DNA from: Vulcanimicrobiota bacterium
Lineage (GTDB): Bacteria; Vulcanimicrobiota; Vulcanimicrobiia; Vulcanimicrobiales; Vulcanimicrobiaceae
DNA length: 64,000 bases
Reading direction: 5' to 3'
NCBI GenBank assembly: GCA_963786105.1
Contig: CAWAXX010000009.1
Location: 1-64,000, forward strand
Part shown: piece after piece, positions 39,377 through 48,970 of the stretch
Position numbering within the stretch: the stretch's first letter is position 1
Layout of the letters: each line of letters opens with the position of its first letter
Notes under the pieces: generated by a model
The model's database searches: none
Told to the model about the DNA's origin: nothing
The model's input: the letters and a program-made list of their open reading frames with translations, nothing else
Made by a program: the position numbers and the translations under genes

Positions 39377-41527
39377 TTATGGCGACAGCGTCGCTCGATC
39401 CACCGCCGTGCGCACCACCGCTCCTTCCGAAAACGGCAACGGCCATAAGCGCCCTTCGATCCAAGCGCCGGCTTGATCGGCGTAATGTCCGGACCCAGGC
39501 TCGCCGGACTCACCCTGCGGCAGCGTGATGCCGCCTGCATCCCAGTTTCCGACGTCCCACACGGCCCGAAAACTTTGCGAATAGCCGTCGTACTGCACGT
39601 GCAGCGTGTACTCGTCACCGTATCCGGGTAAGCGAGTTCCGTCCAAGAAATCGATTCCGAGCGACGACAGCGCGTGTTGCGGCGTGACGGCACCGGCCGT
39701 GCTCCATGGTTCGAGCGCCGCCGGCACGGTGACGCGCAGTGCGGCAGGCGAACGCCGCGCGATCGCGAGTTCGACGGGCATGCGGCGCTTTTGTTTTCCG
39801 GTCACCTGCGTTCGCAAGACTTGCGCCAGCGTTGCCGTCGTCGAGTCGCCGGTCATCTCGCCGTTCCAGCCCGCCAGCGCGCCGCCGGCTGCCGCATCGA
39901 GCCGGCGTACGGCGGGTGCGAGTTCGCGCGCCAGCTCGCGCTCCGGCAGTGAGAGCACGTCCATTTGCATCTGCGCGAAGTACGCGACGTCGTAGCGGGC
40001 CCGCGCACGCAAGAGTTGAGCGATCCGGTATGCGCGATACGGCGGCGCAAACTGCGGGCTCAAGCGCAGCGGATAGCCGTTTGCATAGGTCTTGTTATTG
40101 GCCGTCCACACCACGGCGTCGCGCGAAGGACGCACTTTCGGCAGCCGCGCAAACGGGACGCCGTCGAAGCGCTTGCCGAGATCGGCCGCCGGATGAAACC
40201 AGCGAGCCCAGGCGGGATCGTCGGGAATTTCACCCGCAAGCGCGTAGGCTACGCGACCGCTCACGTCGGCGATCGCGAAGTTTTGGGTTGGGCCGGGAAA
40301 CGCCGCCAGCACGGCGGTCGCCGTTTCGATCGAGGCGGCACGATCGAGATCGAGAAACGTTTTTCCCGGCGAATCCGGATGCTCGTACGCGTTCCAGCGC
40401 ACCAGCACGAACCGGCCGTCGTTGGTGGTGACGCCGAACTCGTGCGGGCCGCGATAGTAGCGTCGCGTCACCGGCGAACGGCGAAAACGAATGCGAAACG
40501 TTTCCGTTTGCCAGCCGTTCGGATCCAGGGCGGCCGGTTGAGAAAAGACCGAGAGCGATGCGACGGTTCCATCGGTTGCGCCCCAGGCGATGCGCTCGTT
40601 GTGACCGAGCACGATGCCGGGAGCTCCGGGGAACGTCGCGCCGGCGACGTGGAAACCGGGCGAACGAAGATCGGCGAGATACCACACGCCCGGTATCCGC
40701 AGTCGAAGATGCGGATCGTTCGCGAGCAACGCGCGTCCCGTCAGCGAACGGTGCGCGCCGGCCGCCCATTCGTTGCTGCCGAGCGGCAGGCGCGCCGCGG
40801 CCATCTCACGCGCCACGCCCGCGCGCAAACTGCACGCCGTGCCGGGGCCTATCCCGGAGAGCCCGGACACCACCGGAGCGTCGTAACAGGGGTCGGTCAA
40901 GGGATACTCCGATTCGAGCGCCGGCAGGCCGCCTTTGCGATGCGCGGCATCGCGCGGCGCAACGTCGTTCCAGTCATCGGTCAAATCCAGAACCGTCGCC
41001 ATCGAAACGGCGAGCGAGTCTTCCGGCGACCACGGCGACGGCCGGTATGCGAGAATGCGGAACTCGACCGGCAGCGTTTCGCGGTCGATGGCGGCATTCA
41101 CGCCGTCGCTAAACGCGCCAAGAACGCTCTTCGAACGAGCGTCGAGCCGTCGCCACTGCGCGTCGACGACCGCGCGCACGGGAACGGCGCGCTCTTTCTC
41201 GTCGCTCGCGAGGGCGGCGCTTCCGAACACTTCCGCGAGCTCGCCTTTTACGAAGCGCCGCAGCAAATCCATCTGAAAGAGCCGGTCCGAGCCTTCGACA
41301 TATCCTTGCGCGAAGAAGAGATCGTGATCGTCGCGTGCCAGGATATGCGGCACGCCGCGATCGTCGCGCAGAATCGAAACCGGCGCGTGCAGCAGCTTCA
41401 GTCCGGAAATCGTTCCCGCAAAACGCGCGTGTGCGCGCATTCCGAACACCACGTTGAGCGCGAAGAAGACAACGACGCCGAGCGTGACCGCGACGATCGC
41501 CGCCACGATGCGCGCGAACGTACGCAC
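39377..41527 (-). CDS. Penicillin acylase family Ntn-hydrolase, membrane anchored
   Basis: RDDRGVPHI, DRLFQMD, GSNEW nucleophile, LANDPHL. Confidence 0.9.
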   Translation of the reverse strand: MRTFARIVAAIVAVTLGVVVFFALNVVFGMRAHARFAGTISGLKLLHAPVSILRDDRGVPHILARDDHDLFFAQGYVEGSDRLFQMDLLRRFVKGELAEVFGSAALASDEKERAVPVRAVVDAQWRRLDARSKSVLGAFSDGVNAAIDRETLPVEFRILAYRPSPWSPEDSLAVSMATVLDLTDDWNDVAPRDAAHRKGGLPALESEYPLTDPCYDAPVVSGLSGIGPGTACSLRAGVAREMAAARLPLGSNEWAAGAHRSLTGRALLANDPHLRLRIPGVWYLADLRSPGFHVAGATFPGAPGIVLGHNERIAWGATDGTVASLSVFSQPAALDPNGWQTETFRIRFRRSPVTRRYYRGPHEFGVTTNDGRFVLVRWNAYEHPDSPGKTFLDLDRAASIETATAVLAAFPGPTQNFAIADVSGRVAYALAGEIPDDPAWARWFHPAADLGKRFDGVPFARLPKVRPSRDAVVWTANNKTYANGYPLRLSPQFAPPYRAYRIAQLLRARARYDVAYFAQMQMDVLSLPERELARELAPAVRRLDAAAGGALAGWNGEMTGDSTTATLAQVLRTQVTGKQKRRMPVELAIARRSPAALRVTVPAALEPWSTAGAVTPQHALSSLGIDFLDGTRLPGYGDEYTLHVQYDGYSQSFRAVWDVGNWDAGGITLPQGESGEPGSGHYADQAGAWIEGRLWPLPFSEGAVVRTAVDRATLSP

Positions 41528-41528
41528 G

Positions 41529-41834
41529 CTATACGTCCACGTAGACGTCGTCGCCCTCGACGCTGACGGTGAAGGTCATCAACGGGACGACGGCCGGCAG
41601 CGTCAGCGCGTCGCCGGTGCGCACGTCGAAGGTCGCTCCGTGCCGCGGGCATACGACGGTTTCTCCCTCGAGTTCGCCTTGATCGAGCGGTCCGCCATCG
41701 TGCGTGCAGACGTCTTCGATGGCGTACAAACGATCGCCAACGCTACAGAGGAGGATTTCGGAACCGTCCACGACGACCCGCCGGGTCGTTCCCGGCGCGA
41801 TCTCCGAGAGCTTCGCAACCTTGTGCCGTGCCAT
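41529..41834 (-). CDS. Rieske-type ferredoxin
   Basis: CTH...CPRHGATF. Confidence 0.9.
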   Translation of the reverse strand: MARHKVAKLSEIAPGTTRRVVVDGSEILLCSVGDRLYAIEDVCTHDGGPLDQGELEGETVVCPRHGATFDVRTGDALTLPAVVPLMTFTVSVEGDDVYVDV

Positions 41835-41877
41835 GCCGGCGTTATTTTGAGGCACGCGACCCGGTGCCTTGGCGAAA

Positions 41878-41922
41878 CGCCTGGATTTTTTCCAGATCGA
41901 GAAGCCGAGGGTCGAAGCTTAC
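41878..41922 (-). repeat. Partial copy (3' half) of the ~96-bp palindromic element
   Basis: Reverse complement gtaagcttcgaccctcggcttctcgatctggaaaaaatcc matches 25226-25265. Confidence 0.6.
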
Positions 41923-41927
41923 GAAAA

Positions 41928-43352
41928 TTAGCCGACGGCGCCTTCCATTTCCATTTTGACGAGGCGATTGAGCTCCACCGCGTACTCCATCGGCAGTTCC
42001 TTGACGAAGAAGTCGAAGAACCCGTTGACGATCATGGCGGTGGCGTCGGCTTCGGAGAGACCGCGGCTCATCGCGTAGAACAGCTGGTCCTCGCCGATTT
42101 TGCTCACGCTGGCTTCGTGTTCGACGGTCGAGCGCTGCTCGTGAATCTTCATCGTCGGCTTGGTGTCGCTCGACGATTGGTCGTCCATGATCAGCGCGTC
42201 GCAGCGTACGCGCGTTTTCGCGCCGACCGCACCCGGAAAGATTTCGACGAGCCCGCGGTAGGTCGTTTTGCCCCCGTGCGCGCTCACGCTTTTGTTGGTA
42301 ACGACCGAGGTGGTGTTGGGAGCGGCGTGGATGACCTTGGCGCCGGCATCTTGGTGCTGGCCGTCGCCGGCAAACGCCATCGAAAGAATTTCGCCGCGCG
42401 CACCCTCGCCCATCAGGTAGATGGACGGATACTTCATGGTGAGGCGCGAGCCGATGTTGCCGTCGACCCACTCGACCGTCGCATTCTTGCGCGCGATCGC
42501 TCGCTTGGTGACGAGATTGAAGATGTTCCGATACCAGTTTTGGATCGTTGTGTAGCGGATCGACGCGTCGTCGAGTGCGACCAACTCCACGACCGCCGAG
42601 TGAAGCGACGACGTCGAAAACTTCGGGGCCGTGCAGCCCTCGATGTAATGCACCTTTGCGCCCTGGTCGGCAATAATCAACGTCCGCTCGAACTGGCCCA
42701 TGTTCTCGGCATTTATCCGGAAATACGCTTGCAACGGCATCGCGACCTCGACGCCCGGCGGAACGTAGATGAACGAGCCGCCCGACCACACGGCCGAGTT
42801 GAGGGCCGAAAACTTATTGTCACCCGGGGGAATGACGGTTGCGAAATACTTGCGCAGGATGTCGGGATACTTTTTCACCGCGGTGTCCATGTCGCAGAAC
42901 AGGACGCCTTGCTTGTCGAGCGCTTCACTGGTGCTATGGTAGACGACTTCCGACTCGTATTGGGCCGACACGCCCGCTAGGAACTTCCGTTCTGCTTCGG
43001 GGATGCCGAGGCGATCGAACGTCCGCTTGATGTCTTCGGGGACGTCGTCCCACGAGCGCTCGGTTTTGTCGGTCGATTTCACGAAATAGTGAATGTCGGC
43101 GAAGTCGATCTCGCGCAGCCGCGCCGTATCGCCCCACGTAGGCATGGGCTTGCTAAGAAAGATCTCGTAGGCTTTGAGCCGGAACTCGCGCATCCACGCC
43201 GGCTCGTCTTTCATCGCGCTGATGCGCTCGACGATCTCGCGCGTCAAACCCTTGTCGGATTTGAAAACGTAATTTTCGGCGTCGTGAAACCCGTGCCGGT
43301 AGTCCTCGATGAGGCCTTCGGGGCTGACGGTGGTGTCGAGTTGAGTCGCCAT
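41928..43352 (-). CDS. sufB: Fe-S cluster assembly protein SufB
   Basis: [29 protein letters not shown]. Confidence 0.95.
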   Translation of the reverse strand: MATQLDTTVSPEGLIEDYRHGFHDAENYVFKSDKGLTREIVERISAMKDEPAWMREFRLKAYEIFLSKPMPTWGDTARLREIDFADIHYFVKSTDKTERSWDDVPEDIKRTFDRLGIPEAERKFLAGVSAQYESEVVYHSTSEALDKQGVLFCDMDTAVKKYPDILRKYFATVIPPGDNKFSALNSAVWSGGSFIYVPPGVEVAMPLQAYFRINAENMGQFERTLIIADQGAKVHYIEGCTAPKFSTSSLHSAVVELVALDDASIRYTTIQNWYRNIFNLVTKRAIARKNATVEWVDGNIGSRLTMKYPSIYLMGEGARGEILSMAFAGDGQHQDAGAKVIHAAPNTTSVVTNKSVSAHGGKTTYRGLVEIFPGAVGAKTRVRCDALIMDDQSSSDTKPTMKIHEQRSTVEHEASVSKIGEDQLFYAMSRGLSEADATAMIVNGFFDFFVKELPMEYAVELNRLVKMEMEGAVG

Positions 43353-43456
43353 GGTGTCCTAAGCGTACTTCCGGACCCCAATATAGTCAAGATAACAAAG
43401 GGTTACCTTCATAATCTGGGGCGGGAGTCTCGCAGGGGACGGCAGCGCCGCAGGTC

Positions 43457-43485
43457 TTTACAGGGGGGGTGCCAGGGGGTATGAT
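43457..43485 (+). promoter_or_regulatory. Sigma70 promoter of speD
   Basis: TTTACA-17-TATGAT. Confidence 0.65.
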
Positions 43486-43491
43486 GGGCGC

Positions 43492-43679
43492 CGGACCGGT
43501 AGGGGTCCACGGTTTCAGGGAGGCGCGCCCGTACGCGCCATCGCGGCGAGACGCCCGTGCACCGCTCAAAAGCGCCGGCAAGAGCTCGCCGAAAGGTCGG
43601 GGACGTGAACTGCACCGCAGACGCCAGCCGACGAAGTCCGGAGGTGGGATTCCCCCGAGGGTCAAGGAGACCTGGTTCG
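43492..43679 (+). ncRNA. Structured speD 5' leader, candidate riboswitch
   Basis: Several hairpins (one GAAA tetraloop) and crossing GTGCA/TGCAC and GGAC/GTCC helices upstream of SD AAGGAG. Confidence 0.5.
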
Positions 43680-44090
43680 TTGAAGGCACTCGGCAGGCAC
43701 ATCGTGTGCGAATTTTCTGGCTGCGACCCGGGAACGCTCTCGGACGTCGACGGCATCCACTCTATGATGATCGCGGCCGCCAGGGCGGCCAACGCCACGA
43801 TCATGGAAAGCGCCTTTCATCGGTTCGAGCCGCAAGGCGTCTCGGGAACGGTGATCCTGGCCGAATCACACCTGTCCATCCATACCTGGCCCGAGAAGGG
43901 CTACGCGGCGATGGACTTCTACACGTGCGGCGACCATACCGACCCATGGCTTGCTTGCGAACACGCGGCGCGCGTTCTAAACGCGAAAAGCATTCTCACG
44001 ACCGAGTTCAAGCGCGGCATTGAAAAGAGCGACGGCGAGTTCACGCACGTTATGAGCAGCAACCACGATTTGCGAGTGCTTACGGCATAA
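43680..44090 (+). CDS. speD: S-adenosylmethionine decarboxylase proenzyme
   Basis: TTG start; LGRH, FEPQGVS, AE|SHLSIHTWPE, DFYTCG. Confidence 0.92.
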   Translation: MKALGRHIVCEFSGCDPGTLSDVDGIHSMMIAAARAANATIMESAFHRFEPQGVSGTVILAESHLSIHTWPEKGYAAMDFYTCGDHTDPWLACEHAARVLNAKSILTTEFKRGIEKSDGEFTHVMSSNHDLRVLTA

Positions 44091-44279
44091 GTCGCCTCGG
44101 CGCTTTTCGCTTGCGGAAAGTGACCCAAGTTCGCAAACTCCTGTAAAACCCGAATCAAAATTGATTTCTGCTACGTTATATTATCGCGTGCGTGCGGACA
44201 TTCGGCAGGCATCGCACGTTGCGCGTGTAACGAGTTTTTCTGCGGTTCTGCATTCTCTGTGAGGTAAAGAAGTATCCCG

Positions 44280-45095
44280 ATGCGTTTTTCAATGTTTCGA
44301 TCCGGCTTTGTAGCGATCGCCGCTACGATCGCGCTGGCGGCATGCAACGGCCAGGGCGCCGTTCCGCCGCAAGGCATCGCGCCGAATAGCGTCGCTCCGA
44401 ATAATGTCGCGCCGAATAACGTCGCGACCGACAACGGCGCCGCGACCGACGATACCACCGCACTCAACAACGACGGTCTGCTCGGCGCCGGCCCCGACAA
44501 GGTGAGCAAGTGCGACATCCCTGGAATCTACTATTTCCACGGCTCGTGCGTGGCGTTCAACTTGAACATGACCACGAACACGACGGTCGAGTTGGGCAAG
44601 TACGGCGCGTACAAGGGGATCAAGATTACCACGACGTTCGGCACGTTCCAAAACCCGCCGAAGGGCGTGAAGTCGATTCCGGCGCTCATGGGCGACGCGA
44701 CCGGTACCGGTGGCGACATTACCGGCCAAGTTAACGGTAAAAGCTTTCCGATCTACGGTCACGGACAAGACTGTGTAAATTCCCAGGGCAAGCCGGAGAC
44801 GTGTCCCGGCAAGCCGTTCGTGTATGCCGAACTCATCAACAGCAGCAAATACACGCTCAAGCCGAAACTTACGCCGAAGTTCGTCATTAGCGATACCAAT
44901 GGATTCCCCGGCAAGAGGCTCTGCTTCCCGGCGATCTTGACCAAACCCGGTCCGCATACCGTCGGTGGCTGGGCGCCGAACACGACGCTCGGAGCTCAAC
45001 CGCACGGAAATACGCTGACCATCAACAGTCAGTCGAATCCGGGTCAGCTCGTGTATCCGCCGGGGCCTTTCATCGTCGCCGGCGTCTGCGAATAG
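44280..45095 (+). CDS. Cys-rich lipoprotein of unknown function
   Basis: Lipobox LAAC; APN(S/N)V x3 repeat; six Cys in the mature domain after the lipobox Cys. Confidence 0.75.
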   Translation: MRFSMFRSGFVAIAATIALAACNGQGAVPPQGIAPNSVAPNNVAPNNVATDNGAATDDTTALNNDGLLGAGPDKVSKCDIPGIYYFHGSCVAFNLNMTTNTTVELGKYGAYKGIKITTTFGTFQNPPKGVKSIPALMGDATGTGGDITGQVNGKSFPIYGHGQDCVNSQGKPETCPGKPFVYAELINSSKYTLKPKLTPKFVISDTNGFPGKRLCFPAILTKPGPHTVGGWAPNTTLGAQPHGNTLTINSQSNPGQLVYPPGPFIVAGVCE

Positions 45096-45200
45096 AAAGA
45101 GGCTCTGATTTATCCCAGCTTGTCGTCGCTTCGGGCCTCATTTACCATAGTAAACTTCGGCCCTCGACTCCTAAATCTAGAATAAATCAGGAGCCTCTTT
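45096..45200 (+). repeat. ~100-bp palindromic dispersed element, copy 2
   Basis: Ends aaagaggctctgattta / taaatcaggagcctcttt. Confidence 0.75.
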
Positions 45201-45206
45201 AGGAAG

Positions 45207-45238
45207 GAACCTCGCCGGAATGGCGGGGTTCTTTTTTT
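45207..45238 (+). terminator. Intrinsic terminator
   Basis: gaacctcgcc-ggaat-ggcggggttc followed by T7. Confidence 0.85.
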
Positions 45239-45258
45239 CGTTTCGCCAAGACGGCGGG

Positions 45259-46149
45259 ATGCCGAAGACCGAACGCTGGCAGTGGTACGTCGAAGAATCG
45301 GCGCCATCCGAACAGCACCATCATGCCATCGATCGCGTCTTTTTTGAGGGGCGGTCCGACTTTCAACAGGTGGCCGTCGTGAGCACGCCGGTTTTCGGAA
45401 AGATGCTCATTCTCGACGGCGACACGCAAAGCGCCGCCGGCGACGAGAAAATCTATCACGAAACCCTGGTGCATCCGGCCATGGCAGCGGCCGCCGATCG
45501 GGGCGACGTGCTCGTCCTAGGCGGCGGTGAGGGAGCGACGCTGCGCGAGGTATTGCGCTCGCCCGACGTTCGCCGTTGCACGATGGTGGACATCGACGGT
45601 TTGGTGGTCGATCTCGCGAAGCGCTACTTGCCGGAGTGGTCCGACGGGGCGTTCGAGGATCCGCGTACACGGCTGATCGTCGGCGACGCACTGCAGTTCA
45701 TGCGCGACGATCGCGAGCGGTACGGCGTCATCGTGTCGGATCTTACCGAGCCGCTCGAAGACTCGCCCAGCAACGCTCTTTTTAACGAAGGGGTCTTCGA
45801 GCTCATCAAATCGCGCCTCGCCGAAGGCGGAGTGTACGTCCTGCAGGCCAGCACGGCTTCGTTTCACAATGTGTCGCTGCACTGCAAGATGGCGCGCACG
45901 TTGCGCCGCCACTACGCCCACGTCACGTCGTTCTTCACGTACGTGCCGGCCTTCGATACCGACTGGGCGTTTCTCGCGTGCAGCGATCGCGTCGATCCGG
46001 CGACGCTCGAAGCCTCAACCATCGATGCCTATTGTGCCGCCCTTCGCGGTGAGAGCTTCTTTTACGACGCGGTGACGCACCGCCGTCTCTTCTCGTTGCC
46101 GCTGTATCTGCGCCGTGCGCTGGCCGGCGCTGGCGATACGTTTCAATGA
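45259..46149 (+). CDS. speE: Polyamine aminopropyltransferase (spermidine synthase family)
   Basis: FGKMLILDG..QS, YHETLVHP, LGGGEGATLRE, VDID, DLTEP. Confidence 0.9.
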   Translation: MPKTERWQWYVEESAPSEQHHHAIDRVFFEGRSDFQQVAVVSTPVFGKMLILDGDTQSAAGDEKIYHETLVHPAMAAAADRGDVLVLGGGEGATLREVLRSPDVRRCTMVDIDGLVVDLAKRYLPEWSDGAFEDPRTRLIVGDALQFMRDDRERYGVIVSDLTEPLEDSPSNALFNEGVFELIKSRLAEGGVYVLQASTASFHNVSLHCKMARTLRRHYAHVTSFFTYVPAFDTDWAFLACSDRVDPATLEASTIDAYCAALRGESFFYDAVTHRRLFSLPLYLRRALAGAGDTFQ

Positions 46150-46967
46150 ACCAGCGCTACGCGGGCAGGACCGTCGTGGTAACCGGCGGCGGCACGGGCC
46201 TCGGGCGGGCGATGGCGCAATCGTTCGGACGCGAAGGCGCCCACGTGTGCGTGATTGGCCGCCGCCATGCGAAGCTCGACGAGACGGTGGCGTCGATTCA
46301 GGCGAACGGCGGCAACGCCTTTGCGAGCGTCGCCGACGTGCGCGACGCGCCAAACGTGCAAGCGGTTATGAACGGCGTGGTCGAGCGCACCGGCCGGATC
46401 GACGTGCTAATCAACAACGCCGCCGGTAACTTCATCTGCCCGTCCGAGGAACTCTCGCCCAACGGTTTCAAGAGCGTCGTGGATATCGTGCTGTTGGGAA
46501 CGTTCAACTGCACGCGATTCGCCTTCGAGGCGCTGCGGGCGGCGAAAGGTTCGATCGTCAACATCGTGGCTGCCTACGCGTGGAGCGGCGAACCGGGTGC
46601 AGTGCACTCGGCGTCCGCGAAGGCCGGCGTGCTGGCCATGACGCGAACGCTGGCGGCGGAATGGGGGCGCTTCGGTATTCGCGCCAATGCAATCTCGCCG
46701 GGTCCGATTCACACCGAAGGCACCGACGCGAATCTCTGGAGCGTCGGCAACGTCGAGGGGGAGGTTCGCAAGAGCGTGCCGCTCGGCCGGCTCGGGGAGC
46801 CCGACGACGTCGCGCGCGCGGCGCTATGGCTGTGCTCGGAAGAAGCCGCCTGGATCAGCGGCGCGACCCTCGCGGTAGACGGCGCGCAATGGCTGCACGG
46901 CGGCACGCTCGACTTTCGCCGGGCCTACGACGCGATCGCGGCGGCGGCCGGTCGCGAACCGGGATAG
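46146..46967 (+). CDS. SDR oxidoreductase (2,4-dienoyl-CoA reductase-like)
   Basis: TGGGTGLG, NNAAGNF, HSASAKAG. Confidence 0.85.
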   Translation: MNQRYAGRTVVVTGGGTGLGRAMAQSFGREGAHVCVIGRRHAKLDETVASIQANGGNAFASVADVRDAPNVQAVMNGVVERTGRIDVLINNAAGNFICPSEELSPNGFKSVVDIVLLGTFNCTRFAFEALRAAKGSIVNIVAAYAWSGEPGAVHSASAKAGVLAMTRTLAAEWGRFGIRANAISPGPIHTEGTDANLWSVGNVEGEVRKSVPLGRLGEPDDVARAALWLCSEEAAWISGATLAVDGAQWLHGGTLDFRRAYDAIAAAAGREPG

Positions 46968-47002
46968 AAGCATCCCTCTCCGGAATCGTACAAGCTCCTG
47001 AC

Positions 47003-47452
47003 ATGGCCATCGATTATAGTCACGCGCCGCACGCCTGGGAGAAGGAGCGGGGAAACTTCGTCCTGCTTCTGGATTTGCAGCTGGAAAAAGTCGAGCGCGG
47101 CAAGGCGTGGATGCGCATGCCGTTTCGCGCCGAGATCACCAACGGCACCGGCGCGGTGCACGGCGGCGCGATCGTCAGCTTGTGCGATACGGTATTTTAC
47201 GTTGCCCTGGCTTCGATCTTCGGTCGCGAGCAAGACACGACCACGGCGTCGCTGCAATGCAACTTCCTCGCGCCGGCGCTGCCGCCGCACGATTTGATCG
47301 CCGAGGCGCGCGTGCTCAAGGCCGGCCACCGCATCGTGTACGGCGAAGTCTACGTGCGCAGCGGTGAGAAGATCGTCGCGCACGCAACCATGAACTTCCT
47401 CAATAGCTACGCCCGCGAAAAGCCGGGCGAACCGGGTGAGAAAACGCGGTGA
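47003..47452 (+). CDS. PaaI family thioesterase
   Basis: NGTGAVHGGAIVSLCD. Confidence 0.85.
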   Translation: MAIDYSHAPHAWEKERGNFVLLLDLQLEKVERGKAWMRMPFRAEITNGTGAVHGGAIVSLCDTVFYVALASIFGREQDTTTASLQCNFLAPALPPHDLIAEARVLKAGHRIVYGEVYVRSGEKIVAHATMNFLNSYAREKPGEPGEKTR

Positions 47453-48558
47453 CGACGCCGGTACAAACGCTCAGGCGCACCGCGCTGTACGACGAGCACG
47501 TCCGGCTCGGGGCGCGTCTGGTTCCGTTTGCGGGGTTCGAGATGCCGGTACAGTACGCCGGCATTCTCCAGGAGCACGACGCCGTACGCAACCGCGCCGG
47601 GTTGTTCGACCTGTCGCATATGGGACAGTTCGTGCTCACCGGCGATCGGGTTGCGGAGTGGGCCGACACGCTGGCAACTAACGCGGTCGCTACGATGAAG
47701 CCACAGCAGGCGCGTTACAATATCTTTTGTAACGAGCGCGGCGGCACCCACGACGACACGATTTTCTATCGCCTCGACGGGCGTTGGCTGCTGGTCGTCA
47801 ACGCATCCAATGCCGGCAAGATGTGGACGCATCTGACCGCACACCTTCCCCTAAGCGGCGTGAACCTCGAAAACCATCACGGCGCGCGCTCGCTGATCGC
47901 CATCCAAGGCCCTGCATCGGTGGCAATGCTGCAGCCCCACGTCAACGCCGATCTGGCGTCGATGAAATACTATTTTTGCATCGAGGACGAGGTCGACGGC
48001 GTTCCTGCGGTCATCGCCCGCACGGGATACACCGGTGAGGACGGGTTCGAGTTATTCGTGGACAACCACCGGGCGGCGGGCGTTTGGAACGCGCTTCTCC
48101 GGCGGCACGCCGGTGAGGGGCTCGTGCCGTGCGGTTTGGGCGCACGCGACGTGCTGCGCCTGGAAGCCGGTATGCCGCTTTACGGACACGAGCTGACCGA
48201 AGAGATCACGCCGGTACAAGCCGGACAGACGTGGGCGCTCAAGTTGAGCAAGCCGCAGTTCATCGGGCGCGACGCGCTCGCCGCCCAGGTGGAAGCCGAC
48301 GACTTTCCTCGCATCGCCGGACTGGTGATGGAAGGGCGCGCGCCGGCCCGGGAAGGCTACGCGGTTTTTCTCGGCGGGCGCGCCGTCGGAGAAATCCGCA
48401 GCGGCTCGCCGGCGCCGTCGGTGGGCAACAAAAACGTGGCTACCGCGTTGATCGCGCGCGACGCCGCAGCCATCGGCACGACGCTGGAGGTCGAGATTCG
48501 CGGTGCGCGGCACGCCGCCAAGGTCGTGCCGCTTCCATTCTACAAACGCCAACGCTAA
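47449..48558 (+). CDS. gcvT: Glycine cleavage aminomethyltransferase T
   Basis: FAGFEMPVQY, FDLSHMG, RTGYTGEDGFE, GLGARDVLRLEAG. Confidence 0.96.
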   Translation: MTTPVQTLRRTALYDEHVRLGARLVPFAGFEMPVQYAGILQEHDAVRNRAGLFDLSHMGQFVLTGDRVAEWADTLATNAVATMKPQQARYNIFCNERGGTHDDTIFYRLDGRWLLVVNASNAGKMWTHLTAHLPLSGVNLENHHGARSLIAIQGPASVAMLQPHVNADLASMKYYFCIEDEVDGVPAVIARTGYTGEDGFELFVDNHRAAGVWNALLRRHAGEGLVPCGLGARDVLRLEAGMPLYGHELTEEITPVQAGQTWALKLSKPQFIGRDALAAQVEADDFPRIAGLVMEGRAPAREGYAVFLGGRAVGEIRSGSPAPSVGNKNVATALIARDAAAIGTTLEVEIRGARHAAKVVPLPFYKRQR

Positions 48559-48581
48559 CGCACAAACGGAGACGGTCAACT

Positions 48582-48962
48582 GTGGCGCAGCCCGAAAACC
48601 TGCTGTACAGCAAAGAACACGAATGGGTGAAGATCGACGGGGACACCGCCACGATCGGCATCACCGATTACGCGCAGAATTCGCTCGGCGATATCGTCTA
48701 CGTCGAGCTGCCGAGAGTCGGCGTGACGCTGCAGCAGTTCGGCAACGCGGGAGTCATCGAGTCTGTGAAGGCGGTTTCCGACTTGTACGCTCCGATCTCG
48801 GGTGAAGTGGTCGAAGTCAACGGCCGGCTCGACAAGGATCCAGCGGAAGTCAATAAGGCGCCCTACGCCGGAGGCTGGCTCTTCAAGGTGCGCGTCTCCG
48901 ATCCGGGCGAGACTGCCGGCCTTCTCAACGCCGCCGACTACGAGAAGTTCGCGGCGCTGTAG
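48582..48962 (+). CDS. gcvH: Glycine cleavage H protein
   Basis: YSKEHEW, lipoyl-lysine motif IESVKAVSD. Confidence 0.96.
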   Translation: MAQPENLLYSKEHEWVKIDGDTATIGITDYAQNSLGDIVYVELPRVGVTLQQFGNAGVIESVKAVSDLYAPISGEVVEVNGRLDKDPAEVNKAPYAGGWLFKVRVSDPGETAGLLNAADYEKFAAL

Positions 48963-48970
48963 TTACCGGC

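Noticed and set aside
39965..42980. Long plus-strand ORFs (533 aa, 508 aa)
   Set aside because: Antisense shadows of the acylase and sufB genes.
43469..44023. Overlapping 184-aa ORF or uORF over speD
   Set aside because: Arg/Gly-rich, no SD, and it starts within the promoter; the leader is better explained as RNA structure.
47400..47452. Glycine riboswitch before gcvT
   Set aside because: No intergenic space; gcvT overlaps the thioesterase stop.
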